Shown here piece after piece: positions 27,195 through 36,823 of a stretch of 49,607 nucleotides of DNA. The position numbers and the translations under genes are program-made. Each line of letters begins with the position of its first letter. Position 1 is the first letter of the stretch. A model generated the notes under the pieces. The model ran no database searches and was not told where the DNA came from. It saw nothing but the letters and a program-made list of their open reading frames with translations. This stretch comes from Thermoplasmata archaeon. GTDB taxonomy: Archaea > Thermoplasmatota > Thermoplasmata > UBA10834. The stretch covers positions 1 through 49,607 of the forward strand of contig JACZKW010000104.1 of assembly GCA_014859835.1 (NCBI GenBank), given 5' to 3'.

Positions 27195-30100
27195 ATGAAT
27201 CGGGAATCCAACAAGATATTGCCCACGCTAGGGATAGCTTTCTGCCTGCTTTTTTCGACCGCCGCATTGATGTTCGTTTCGAACGCGGTAATTGGAGTCG
27301 CATATCAATCACCAGATGACTATGTCATCGGTGATATTGTCGGCTCCAACTTCGGGCGTTCGATAGCAATCATAGACATCAACAATGACAAAATCGATGA
27401 CCTCGTCATGGGAGCCCCGCTGAATGATTCAGCCATGGGGTCTGTCATCGTCAACATGTCCGCTGGTGGGGAACCAATGAAGCAGACGTGCGTGATTGAT
27501 GGACAGGCCGAGGGAGATATGTTTGGATGGGTCGTCGCAAATGTAGGCGACCTTGATAACGATGGCGTCGAAGATCTTGCCGTAGGTGCCCCGTTAGCAG
27601 ATAACGGGGGAGAAGATTCCGGCAGTGTCGCCATATTCTATGGTGGGGCGGGATTCGACGGAACGGCGGATCTATGGATACACGGCTCCAGCGCAGGAGA
27701 CCAACTCGGTTACTCCTTGGCTGCTGGCGGGATGATCAACTCGGACGGATATGGCGATCTCATCATCGGCGCTCCATTCGCAGACCCAGGCGGCCTTGAG
27801 GATGCGGGTCTCGTGAGCGTCTTCTACGGCGGAGATCCGATGAACAATGTTGCGGACAAGACCTTCACTGGCAGCGTTGCTGGTGCCCAATACGGATGGT
27901 CCGTCTCTGGTGGAGGCAGCGTCGATAGCGATGCCTCGCTCGACATGGTCGTGGGGGCTCCTGGATACAAGACGGGAGGGTCGACCACCGGGGCTGCGTA
28001 TGTGATACGCAACATCATCAAGACAAGCCCGACGACAACAATCATTCAGGGAACCAAGGCAGGAGACATGTTCGGATTCAGCGTCTGCATGGTCCATGAC
28101 ATGAACAATGACGCATTCCAGGACATTGCAATCGGAGCGCCATATAATGACGATGGTGGAACGAACGCTGGTTCGGTGTCAATCCTGCTCGGAGACTCAA
28201 GGTTCAGGGGCGACGTTAGCCTGACCATCGAGGGCAGCAGCGGCGAAGGACTTGGATATTCCATAGCTTCTGGCGATTTTAGAGGCGATGCATATGCTGA
28301 CCTCTTGGTTGGCGCACCATTCAGCAAATTGAACTCGACAGGCGATGGCAGAGCCTATGCATACTTCGGAGCTGCCAGCCTGGACAATGAAGAAGACATC
28401 ATCCTGGCACCAAGTACTGGTGCGGGTTGGTTCGGAGCCTCGGTTGCAGTCGGAGGGGATATACTAGGCGACAATGCCCGAGACTTCGCAGTCGGCGATC
28501 CACTATACGACTCGACGAGTCCGAGCGTCTTGAACGCAGGAAGGGTCGACGTATATTCCGGCATATATATCGAAGAACCAAACCCGCCGATGGTGCAGGT
28601 CTACGTTTATATCCCACCGAACACCGAGATCGGACTGGAGGGGTTCACAGTCACGCTGGAATCTGGAACATATGTGAAGACCAACATGACCAACTCGGAT
28701 GGATACTGCGAGATGGAGGTCATTGCGGGCGTGTTCACATTGACCGTCGCGAAGGACGGGTACATTTCCAATGTGACCGAGTCCCTAGCATTATCTATGG
28801 ATGAAGTTGAGGTGAAGACATACTACCCGATGCTCATACCCCATGTGGATGGGTTCGTCATTGATGCCGTCGATGGCAGTGGTGTCGGTGGAGCGAGCGT
28901 GGTGCTGTACAACGGAACGACCGTCGTGAACAGCCTGACCACCCCGTCGAACGGATCGTATTCATTCGACCTCCCCGATGAGTTCATCCCGGATGTCGGA
29001 ATGGACATCAACCTCACATTGAATGTCTCGGATGGCGAACATTACTCTGAATCGGTACCCTTTGCTCTCGAGCGGAACATTACGCTAGAGAAATACAACG
29101 TGTCAATGCACAGGTTCCCAGTTATCGGCGGGACCGTCAGGGATGCAATGACGCTGACGACCATCATCGGCGCAGTGGTAGAGGTATGGCAGGACACTGA
29201 ACTGCTAGCCACCGTGACAACTAACAGTAAGGGAGTCTATTCTGCAGTGGCTACAGACGCGGATGTGCCGGATTCTGTCACACTCATGGTTACCGCGGAC
29301 AACTACTGCCTCGGAACTGCGACCATTGATGTGGAAGAGGACGAGGAGTACACACGGAACTTCGCCCTCCAGATAGATTCGAGCACGCCGACTTCTGAGG
29401 TAACAGATCTGCCGGAGTACACGGATACCAGCGAGTTAACGGTCAGTGCGACCGCGAGCGATGCAGAGGGCGTGATGGAGGTTGAGCTGTGGGTCAGATA
29501 CGGCGGAACGGGAGTGTTCTCCCTGTTCGCCACAGATGACCTGGCACCGTATGCGTTCGATCTCGACGCTGAAGAGTTGAGCGGTGATGGGCTTTATGAG
29601 TTCTACTCGATAGCCATAGACTTCGCAGACAACAGGGAAGCCGCACCGACTAGCAGTGACACCTACACGCGCGTAGACACTCTTGCGCCGGAGTCCGCTG
29701 TAGATGAACTCTCCATGTACACGACCGATGCGAACTTCACCGTGTCTGTCACGGCCAGCGATGCGAATGGAGTGAGCGAGGTCGAGCTGTACTATCAGAT
29801 GGATGGTGGCGGATGGATCTTGTTCAATTCCGATGATTCCGATCCGTTCTCATGGGCGTTCAATACGACGCTCCTGGCAGGCGACGGTGTCTACGAGTTC
29901 TATTCGATCGCCACTGACGAATATGGAAGTGATGAGTCTGCACCCGGCACCAACGACACCTACACTATCGTTGATACAGTCGCGCCGTCGATAGTAATCG
30001 ACACGCCCGTTGAGGACGATGTGATAGCAGATACGACCGTGACGGTCTCATGGACCGCCAGCGATGACGAATCCGGTTTGGCAGGCTTCGACATTAGGCT

Positions 30101-32771
30101 TGACGGAGGCAGCTGGGAAGATATCGGGACTGTGGTGACCTACGACTTCGAGAGCATGGCCGACGGTGAGTACAAGGCCGAGGTAAGGGCGACTGACAAC
30201 GCCGGACTTGCTACGATAGCCACAGTCAACTTCACTGTGGATACAGAGGCGCCCACTGTGACAATAACCTCACCGGAAGATGGCGATTTGTTCCTGGTAT
30301 CTAGCGTGACCGTTGAGTGGACGGTCACGGATGTCCAGACCAGTCTGGATAAGCTCCAGGTCAAGACTGAAATCGGGTCGTGGACGGAGATCGATATCGC
30401 AGACACCAGCTATGAGTTCGCGGACCTGTCAGAAGGATCGCACACACTATATGTCATGGCGACAGACCTGGGTGGATTGGACGCTCAGGACGAAGTGACT
30501 GTCACCGTGGACACCATGGCACCGACCCTTGCGATTGACTCACCTGTGGAGGACGAGATTCTGATCTCGACCACGGTGGAAGTAGAGTGGACCGCGAGCG
30601 ATGACGGTACAGGCATCGATATGTTCGAGATCAAGCTCGATTCGGGATCCTGGATCGATGTCGGTCTCGATACATCGTATGACTTCATGAGCGTCGCGGA
30701 CGGTAGCCACACGGTCTATGTCAGAGCGACGGATGTCGCTGGCTGGCCAGTGACCGAATCGGTGACATTCACGGTCAATACCGAGGCGCCTATCGTCATG
30801 ATAACATCACCAGAAGACGGGAATGTCGTGACGGATTCGTCAGTACTGATGGAATGGGATGTCACGGAAGTCCAGCTCGGGATCGACAAGATAGATGTCA
30901 AGGCGGACTCGGATGATTGGACCGAGATAGATGCGGCGGACGTTAGCTATGTGTTCGACGACTTGAGCGAAGGTCCTCACACGTTATATGTCAGGGTGAC
31001 CGACCTCTCAAGCCTGCAGACGACGGAGATCGTCCAGATAGTCGTGGACACGGTCAGCCCGACCGTGGCGATAACCTCGCCTGACGAGGACGAGCTGCTC
31101 GCGGATTCGACGGTGTCGATGGTGTGGACAGCTGCCGATACGACCTCTGGTCTGGCCAACATGCAGGTGATGCTGGACGCTGGGTCCTGGGTCATCCTCG
31201 ATGACGCCGTCAGAACCTATGAGTTCTCCGAACTGAGCGATGGAACACATACACTGTATGTGAAGGCGACTGACATGGGTGGGTTGGAAGCGACCGATTC
31301 CGTGTCCATCGAGGTCGACACCATCGCCCCTGCAGTGGAGATATCGACACCGGATGATGGCGAGATCTTCAGCGCTGGAACGGTTGCCGTCGAATGGACT
31401 GGCAGCGACGCAGGCTCAGGTGTTGCGATGTATGAGGTCAGGCTTGACACGGGAATATGGATCGATGTTGGCACTGATCTGACCTACGACTTCGTCGCAG
31501 TTCCTCAGGGAAGCCATGCGATCACCGTGAGGGCGACTGACAATGCGGGACTAACTGCCAGTGACGCAGTGGAGATAGTCGTGGACACCTCTGCACCAGC
31601 AGTCGTCATAGGTAGCCCGGAGGATGGCTATGACCTTGACACATCAAGCGTATCAGTGACCTGGACAGTTACCGAGGCGCAGTCCGATGTTACAGCTGTC
31701 GAGATACAACTGGACGCCGGTGCCTGGGTGAGCGTCGGGGCGACGACAGTGACTCATGAATTCACTGGTGTCTCCGATGGATCGCACACGATATCTGTAA
31801 GAGTGACCAACTCTGCTGGTCTCAACGGCACGGATTCGGTGACGGTGCGTGTGGATACAACAGCGCCATCGGTCAGCATCACGGATCCTTTGACAGACGA
31901 TGAGTTCGGAGAGTCATCGGTTGATATCTCCTGGACTGGCAGTGACGGTGGAGCGGGACTTGCAGGCTACAGCATCCGCGTGGACGGAGGCAGCTGGGTG
32001 GATGTATCAATGGCGACGACATACACCTTCGATGATCTGGATGACGGAGATCACACGATCGACGTCATGGCGACAGATCAGGCAGGTAATACCGCTACGG
32101 CCAGCGTTTCGTTCCTGGTAGACACAACGATGCCGACTATCGTGATAGTGTCCCCGTATGCCAGCGCACTGTTCGGGAGCTCTTCCGTCACGGTGACATG
32201 GTCTGCCGTAGATGAAGGATCAGGCTTGGACGTAATCGAGGTAAGATACGATTCGACCGAGTGGGTGGAGGTTCCAGCGACGACTGCGACATACACCTTC
32301 TCGAGTCTGCCCGATGGATCGCATACACTTGAGATATGCGCAACCGATGCATGCGGCTATGAATGCACCGAATCGGTGACTATAAGGGTGGACACCATAG
32401 CGCCGACCCTTAGCATCACGACACCAGACATGGACGATGTGTTCGATGTATCAGATGTGACCGTATCTTGGACCGCTTCTGACGCAGGCAGCGGAATAGC
32501 CCAGGTCCTCGTATCGATCGACGGAGGAGCTGCGGTGAGCCTTGGAACGACCGCGACATCACACACATTAGAGGGGCTTGAGGATGGCGAGCATGATGTC
32601 ACCATCGAGGTCGTGGACGCAGCTGGGAAGTCCACCGAGGCGACGATCAGCTTCACAATCGATACGAGCGGAGGAATAAGCACAACCACCCTCGTGATTG
32701 TGGGCGCACTCATCGCTGTGATAGTAGTTGGTGCGGCTGTGATGCTAATGAAGCGCAAGAAGAGTCCCTGA
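27195..32771 (+). CDS. Large cell-surface protein: 7 FG-GAP repeats, carboxypeptidase-regulatory-like and Ig domains, 10 tandem Ig repeats, C-terminal TM
   Basis: Signal peptide; seven (F/L/Y)G.S...D.N.D...D...GAP units; ten ~90-aa VDT.AP...I.SP units; TM LVIVGALIAVIVVGAAVMLM followed by KRKK. Confidence 0.9.
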   Translation: MNRESNKILPTLGIAFCLLFSTAALMFVSNAVIGVAYQSPDDYVIGDIVGSNFGRSIAIIDINNDKIDDLVMGAPLNDSAMGSVIVNMSAGGEPMKQTCVIDGQAEGDMFGWVVANVGDLDNDGVEDLAVGAPLADNGGEDSGSVAIFYGGAGFDGTADLWIHGSSAGDQLGYSLAAGGMINSDGYGDLIIGAPFADPGGLEDAGLVSVFYGGDPMNNVADKTFTGSVAGAQYGWSVSGGGSVDSDASLDMVVGAPGYKTGGSTTGAAYVIRNIIKTSPTTTIIQGTKAGDMFGFSVCMVHDMNNDAFQDIAIGAPYNDDGGTNAGSVSILLGDSRFRGDVSLTIEGSSGEGLGYSIASGDFRGDAYADLLVGAPFSKLNSTGDGRAYAYFGAASLDNEEDIILAPSTGAGWFGASVAVGGDILGDNARDFAVGDPLYDSTSPSVLNAGRVDVYSGIYIEEPNPPMVQVYVYIPPNTEIGLEGFTVTLESGTYVKTNMTNSDGYCEMEVIAGVFTLTVAKDGYISNVTESLALSMDEVEVKTYYPMLIPHVDGFVIDAVDGSGVGGASVVLYNGTTVVNSLTTPSNGSYSFDLPDEFIPDVGMDINLTLNVSDGEHYSESVPFALERNITLEKYNVSMHRFPVIGGTVRDAMTLTTIIGAVVEVWQDTELLATVTTNSKGVYSAVATDADVPDSVTLMVTADNYCLGTATIDVEEDEEYTRNFALQIDSSTPTSEVTDLPEYTDTSELTVSATASDAEGVMEVELWVRYGGTGVFSLFATDDLAPYAFDLDAEELSGDGLYEFYSIAIDFADNREAAPTSSDTYTRVDTLAPESAVDELSMYTTDANFTVSVTASDANGVSEVELYYQMDGGGWILFNSDDSDPFSWAFNTTLLAGDGVYEFYSIATDEYGSDESAPGTNDTYTIVDTVAPSIVIDTPVEDDVIADTTVTVSWTASDDESGLAGFDIRLDGGSWEDIGTVVTYDFESMADGEYKAEVRATDNAGLATIATVNFTVDTEAPTVTITSPEDGDLFLVSSVTVEWTVTDVQTSLDKLQVKTEIGSWTEIDIADTSYEFADLSEGSHTLYVMATDLGGLDAQDEVTVTVDTMAPTLAIDSPVEDEILISTTVEVEWTASDDGTGIDMFEIKLDSGSWIDVGLDTSYDFMSVADGSHTVYVRATDVAGWPVTESVTFTVNTEAPIVMITSPEDGNVVTDSSVLMEWDVTEVQLGIDKIDVKADSDDWTEIDAADVSYVFDDLSEGPHTLYVRVTDLSSLQTTEIVQIVVDTVSPTVAITSPDEDELLADSTVSMVWTAADTTSGLANMQVMLDAGSWVILDDAVRTYEFSELSDGTHTLYVKATDMGGLEATDSVSIEVDTIAPAVEISTPDDGEIFSAGTVAVEWTGSDAGSGVAMYEVRLDTGIWIDVGTDLTYDFVAVPQGSHAITVRATDNAGLTASDAVEIVVDTSAPAVVIGSPEDGYDLDTSSVSVTWTVTEAQSDVTAVEIQLDAGAWVSVGATTVTHEFTGVSDGSHTISVRVTNSAGLNGTDSVTVRVDTTAPSVSITDPLTDDEFGESSVDISWTGSDGGAGLAGYSIRVDGGSWVDVSMATTYTFDDLDDGDHTIDVMATDQAGNTATASVSFLVDTTMPTIVIVSPYASALFGSSSVTVTWSAVDEGSGLDVIEVRYDSTEWVEVPATTATYTFSSLPDGSHTLEICATDACGYECTESVTIRVDTIAPTLSITTPDMDDVFDVSDVTVSWTASDAGSGIAQVLVSIDGGAAVSLGTTATSHTLEGLEDGEHDVTIEVVDAAGKSTEATISFTIDTSGGISTTTLVIVGALIAVIVVGAAVMLMKRKKSP
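29970..32665 (+). repeat. Ten tandem ~270-bp degenerate Ig-domain coding repeats
   Basis: Recurrent V(D/N)T..P / W...D..SG / LDxGxW / L.DG.HT..V.ATD in the translation. Confidence 0.85.
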
Positions 32772-32787
32772 AAACCTAGAAAACGGC

Positions 32788-32807
32788 CCTTGGACCATGG
32801 TCCAAGG
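32788..32807. terminator. Perfect 20-bp palindrome followed by a T-run, between convergent genes
   Basis: CCTTGGACCATGGTCCAAGG is its own reverse complement. CATTTTATT follows downstream. Confidence 0.6.
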
Positions 32808-32912
32808 AGCCTTCAATCATTTTATTATATTGTCTGTAGAATAATCAGAAAATCGTTTGATCGACCAGGACAGTGATGCGTCCCGGCCGGAGTTTTCAGG
32901 GTTTGTGCGCCT

Positions 32913-33806
32913 TCAGAGCAGAAACACAGGCTTGCTCGGCCTCAGGGAGTACTTCTTGCACTTGTAGCAGTACCATTCATTGTACTCAGGGATGAACTTC
33001 ATATCATCCCCGCAGGCCGGACAGGTCTTCTTCTCCTTGGGCGCGTATTCCTTGCACGCAACGCAGTAGTGCCGTTCGTACTTCTCGATCCACTTCAGAG
33101 GCTTGCCGCACTTCGGACACATTCCGGCGCCCGAGGGCTTGGTTGACGGTTTTGCGGCCGGCTTGGGCTGCTCGACCGCCTTCTTCCGGCGCAGAGGGTA
33201 CTTCTTGCAGCTGTAACAGTACCACTCGGAGTACTTCTCGACGTACTTGAGCTCGCCGCCACAGTCTGGGCAGGCCTTCATCTCCGGAGCAGGCTTTGCC
33301 TCTTCCTTCGGCTTGTCCTCCTTGGGCGCATATTTCTTGCACCCGTAGCAGTAGTGCCGCTGGTACTTTTCGATCCACTTCAGAGGTTGGCCGCAGTTGG
33401 TACACATCCTGATGGTCATGTCAGTCTTGGGCTCCGCAGCGGGTGCCACAACATCAGGCACCCCTTTCGGAATCGCTGACAGCATAGCCTCTTTAGGCTC
33501 GACCTCAGATATCTCCGCCAGATCAGCGGCCAATTCATCTTCATAATCATCAGAATAATCCTTGAACGCCTCGCGGACAGGGACTTCGTCCATCTGTTCG
33601 GAGTCTATGACAGCTGGGGCGATTTCAGACGCCACCTGATCCTCGATGTGCTCGACGGTTTCCTCGGCATGTTCATGGTCTTCCTCGGTTCCGTCGACAT
33701 AAGTGTTGCATTCGTAACAATACCACTTCTCGATGTGCTCAACGAAGAAAGGCTCTTCGCCACACTTCGGACACTTTGACGCTTCCATCAATTTTAGCTC
33801 CTTCAT
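32913..33806 (-). CDS. Protein with five zinc-ribbon repeats and an acidic linker
   Basis: Five copies of CxxCG-x12-YCxxCxxY. GGTGAT RBS precedes ATG 33806. Confidence 0.85.
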   Translation of the reverse strand: MKELKLMEASKCPKCGEEPFFVEHIEKWYCYECNTYVDGTEEDHEHAEETVEHIEDQVASEIAPAVIDSEQMDEVPVREAFKDYSDDYEDELAADLAEISEVEPKEAMLSAIPKGVPDVVAPAAEPKTDMTIRMCTNCGQPLKWIEKYQRHYCYGCKKYAPKEDKPKEEAKPAPEMKACPDCGGELKYVEKYSEWYCYSCKKYPLRRKKAVEQPKPAAKPSTKPSGAGMCPKCGKPLKWIEKYERHYCVACKEYAPKEKKTCPACGDDMKFIPEYNEWYCYKCKKYSLRPSKPVFLL

Positions 33807-34035
33807 ACGCATCACCGAGCACAGGTCAGACTTACCCCCTCTCACCGGTCTGCGTTCTTGAGTTTTCAACGGTCCCCGAGCGTATAAGTAGGTGCTTTCC
33901 TGGGAATCAGGCCTGATAACAGGTACGGCCGGGGCCAATGAGGGGGGCCAGAGAGGTGTTGTGTGCTGTCAGTTAGCATACATGTAAGCGGGTAGAATAT
34001 GCCACTCCCGAATAGTAAGAGCTCCCGTTGGTATC

Positions 34036-34521
34036 ATGACGGCGAGAAGCAAGGTTTCCAGGCTCAGACCTGACCGCGAAGGAGGCATCGAAGGACTTCC
34101 GCTTCAACTACTGATAATGGTGGTCGTGGCGGGACTCGGCCTCACGATAATAATGGGGTGGATGAATTCCATAGCCGCTCCGAACGCCATCGGAGAGGTC
34201 TTCGTCAGCCCGGGTGAGATCATAGTCTTTGACGATGATGGCGACGGTCTGTACACATCGTATGACAATACGATAAGCGTCATAGTGACGGATCAGGGTG
34301 GGGACAGGCTGGAAGGAGCCACTGTGATGCTGGATGGAGCGAACATAAGGAATGCCGATGGCTCGCCTGTGAGGGGCGTGACGGATTCCAATGGACAGGT
34401 CGTGTTCTTGGGGCTCAAACTCGAGAAATTCGGATCGGGGTTCACAACCGTCACCGTCACGGTGGCCAAGGGGAATTATGGCGTCGACACCGGCTATGAG
34501 ATACCCGTCATCACGGGCTGA
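34036..34521 (+). CDS. Pilin-like protein (class III signal peptide-like)
   Basis: Charged N-terminus, then EGG|IEGLPLQLLIMVVVAGLGLTII and an Ig-like beta C-terminal domain. Confidence 0.65.
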   Translation: MTARSKVSRLRPDREGGIEGLPLQLLIMVVVAGLGLTIIMGWMNSIAAPNAIGEVFVSPGEIIVFDDDGDGLYTSYDNTISVIVTDQGGDRLEGATVMLDGANIRNADGSPVRGVTDSNGQVVFLGLKLEKFGSGFTTVTVTVAKGNYGVDTGYEIPVITG

Positions 34522-34526
34522 TCGAT

Positions 34527-35000
34527 ATGCGCATCCGAGAGGATGATAGGGCCCTGGAGGCGCTGCCGCTCAGATTGATGATCGTGGCGATAGTCGCCGC
34601 CATGTCGATTGTGCCAGCCACCGAGGCTCTGAATACCGTGCGTGACAGAGAGTTCCTTATCAGGGCGGAGCTGCAACTCGAGGAGATCATCGCTTCCGCC
34701 CAGAGATTATCGATGCAGGGTCCAGGGAGCGTCGACCACATAGACCTCGACTTCTCATCGGCAGGTCGGATGAGGCTTCAGAATCTGAACATAGGGGATT
34801 CCATTGGAGGAGCGTACGAATGCTCCGTCGTTCTTGAACTCGTTTCAGGAGCGCAGATAGTCCGAACCGCATCAAGCCCCCCAGCCATGATCACATCCCA
34901 GGGAGATGAATCTCTAGAGATCTGCTCAGAGATCTGCACCATCAGAATGGTCGGAGGAGTCATCGATGGACGACAATGCATCATCGCAGAGGTGATCTGA
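34527..35000 (+). CDS. Pilin-like protein
   Basis: DDRA|LEALPLRLMIVAIVAAMSI, parallel to the N-terminus of the upstream gene. Confidence 0.65.
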   Translation: MRIREDDRALEALPLRLMIVAIVAAMSIVPATEALNTVRDREFLIRAELQLEEIIASAQRLSMQGPGSVDHIDLDFSSAGRMRLQNLNIGDSIGGAYECSVVLELVSGAQIVRTASSPPAMITSQGDESLEICSEICTIRMVGGVIDGRQCIIAEVI

Positions 35001-35467
35001 CGGATTTCATCGTGTCGAAGGTGGCCATGTCGATATGCGCACTCATGTTCATGGCCGTCGCCAGTGGTATCGTCACACATTCAATGACCTTGGACGAAGG
35101 AAGTGAATTGAGCGAGATGCTCGGCTCCCTGGAGGAATTGATATTGCTCGTGAGCGGATGTGGGTCCGAGTGCGATCTTACGTGGTCGGTCCCGTGCACT
35201 CAGGACGGCTCTGAGATATGGCTTGACATCTGCCATTCGTACATGACGGCGAGCGCAGATGGCCGCACTGTCGGAGTAGAACTACGGGACCCTGTGCACA
35301 CTTGGGAATGGCAAGGAGAATCACTGAACCAATCCATCATTGAAGAGCGCGATCTGGCTTCGGACCACCTCAAGCTGCATACAGATGATGTTCTCTGCGT
35401 CAACACCAGCCTCATCCTCGTCGACGAGCTCCCGAGCATCCTGTTATTCTTGGTCCAAGTCACCTGA
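34976..35467 (+). CDS. Membrane-anchored hypothetical protein (possible minor pilin)
   Basis: N-terminal hydrophobic helix (VAMSICALMFMAVASGIV). Overlaps the upstream gene. Start uncertain. Confidence 0.6.
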   Translation: MHHRRGDLTDFIVSKVAMSICALMFMAVASGIVTHSMTLDEGSELSEMLGSLEELILLVSGCGSECDLTWSVPCTQDGSEIWLDICHSYMTASADGRTVGVELRDPVHTWEWQGESLNQSIIEERDLASDHLKLHTDDVLCVNTSLILVDELPSILLFLVQVT

Positions 35468-36683
35468 CCTTGCCGAAGCTGGCAGAGAGGTCTCGTACAG
35501 CTTCGACGAAAAAGTCCACCTCATCATCCGTGTTGTAGATGTAGACCGACGCTCTTGCACATCCATCTACAGCAATCTCATCAAAGTATGAATGGCAACA
35601 ATGCATGCCCGAGCGTATCATGATATTCTTGGAATTGTCGAGTATCATGGCGATGTCATGAGGGGTCATTCCATCGATATTGAAGCTGAATATGCCGCCA
35701 CGCATATTCGGATCGAATGGTTTCATGATGGCAACCTCTGGTGTTTGCATGAGAGCTCTGGTCATACGACGGTTGAGCCCGACCTCGTGGTCCCTGATAT
35801 CATCCATCCCAACGGAATTGAGATAATCGACTGCTGCTCCAGTACCCAAGATGCCGGAGTAATTCTGCAGCCCGGTCTCAAAACGCTCTGGAGGTGGGAG
35901 GAGGGTGAACTTGCCACTCCTGACTTCGGTCACCCCGTGACCGCCATACATGATCGGTTCGATGTCAGCGGCAGCACCCTCATTCACATAGAAGATGCCT
36001 ACACCGGATGGCCCCAACATCTTATGGGCCGAAGCAGCGAGATAATCCACCTCAAGCATACCCATGTCCAATGGCATGCTCGGAGCCGCCTGGGCGGCAT
36101 CGAATAGCACGCGCGCACCGTATGAATGTGCAATATCCACGACTTCCCTTGCCGGCAGCGTATAGCCATGGACATTCGATGTAAGACACATCGCGACCAG
36201 CTTCACCCTCTTCGACATCCTTTCATGAAAGGCTTCGACATCGAACGTGGCATCGTCAGATGACGGGACGGAGATGTGTTTGACACCTTTCAATCCGCAT
36301 ACCTTGAATACTGGGACCTGGAGGGAATTGTGCTCATAATCAGTGGTGACGACCTCGTCCCCGGGCTCGAAGTCGTAACCAAGGATCACCGTATTCAGAC
36401 CTTCCGTTGCGTTCTTCAGAAAAGCAATCTCGTTGGCGTTCTCTGCACCAAAGAAGCGAGCGACTTTCGATCGAGCGTCGTCGCATCGGATGGACACTTC
36501 CGTCGCGAGCTTGTGAACACTTCTGCCCGCACATGATGGGAATGCACCATAGTATTCGTTCATAGCCTCCAAGACTTGAACCGGCCGAAGTGATTGGCAT
36601 GCACTATCGAAATAGACCAGGCGGTTGACCCCGGGTTCTGAACTCAGCAACGGGAAGTCCTGTCGGACCCTAGAGACGTCCAT
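35460..36683 (-). CDS. Group II (SufS/CsdA-like) cysteine desulfurase
   Basis: RQDFPLL, YFDSAC, NATEGLN, EHNS, DAAQ, SAHKMLGPSG and RSGMHC. Confidence 0.88.
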   Translation of the reverse strand: MDVSRVRQDFPLLSSEPGVNRLVYFDSACQSLRPVQVLEAMNEYYGAFPSCAGRSVHKLATEVSIRCDDARSKVARFFGAENANEIAFLKNATEGLNTVILGYDFEPGDEVVTTDYEHNSLQVPVFKVCGLKGVKHISVPSSDDATFDVEAFHERMSKRVKLVAMCLTSNVHGYTLPAREVVDIAHSYGARVLFDAAQAAPSMPLDMGMLEVDYLAASAHKMLGPSGVGIFYVNEGAAADIEPIMYGGHGVTEVRSGKFTLLPPPERFETGLQNYSGILGTGAAVDYLNSVGMDDIRDHEVGLNRRMTRALMQTPEVAIMKPFDPNMRGGIFSFNIDGMTPHDIAMILDNSKNIMIRSGMHCCHSYFDEIAVDGCARASVYIYNTDDEVDFFVEAVRDLSASFGKVR

Positions 36684-36823
36684 ATTGAACGCTCATGGAT
36701 GTCGCTGGACCGTATTAGTCCTTTTCAGTTTGAGGTCGGTCCCAAACCGACAGGCAGGACCGAAAACCCTTATTCACACCGGCAAACTTTTAAGACGACC
36801 AGCTATCATCACCTTCGTTCGTT

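Noticed and set aside
26943-35467. tRNA-integrated genomic island
   Set aside because: No integrase and no visible duplication of the tRNA 3' end. Coding style resembles the flanks.
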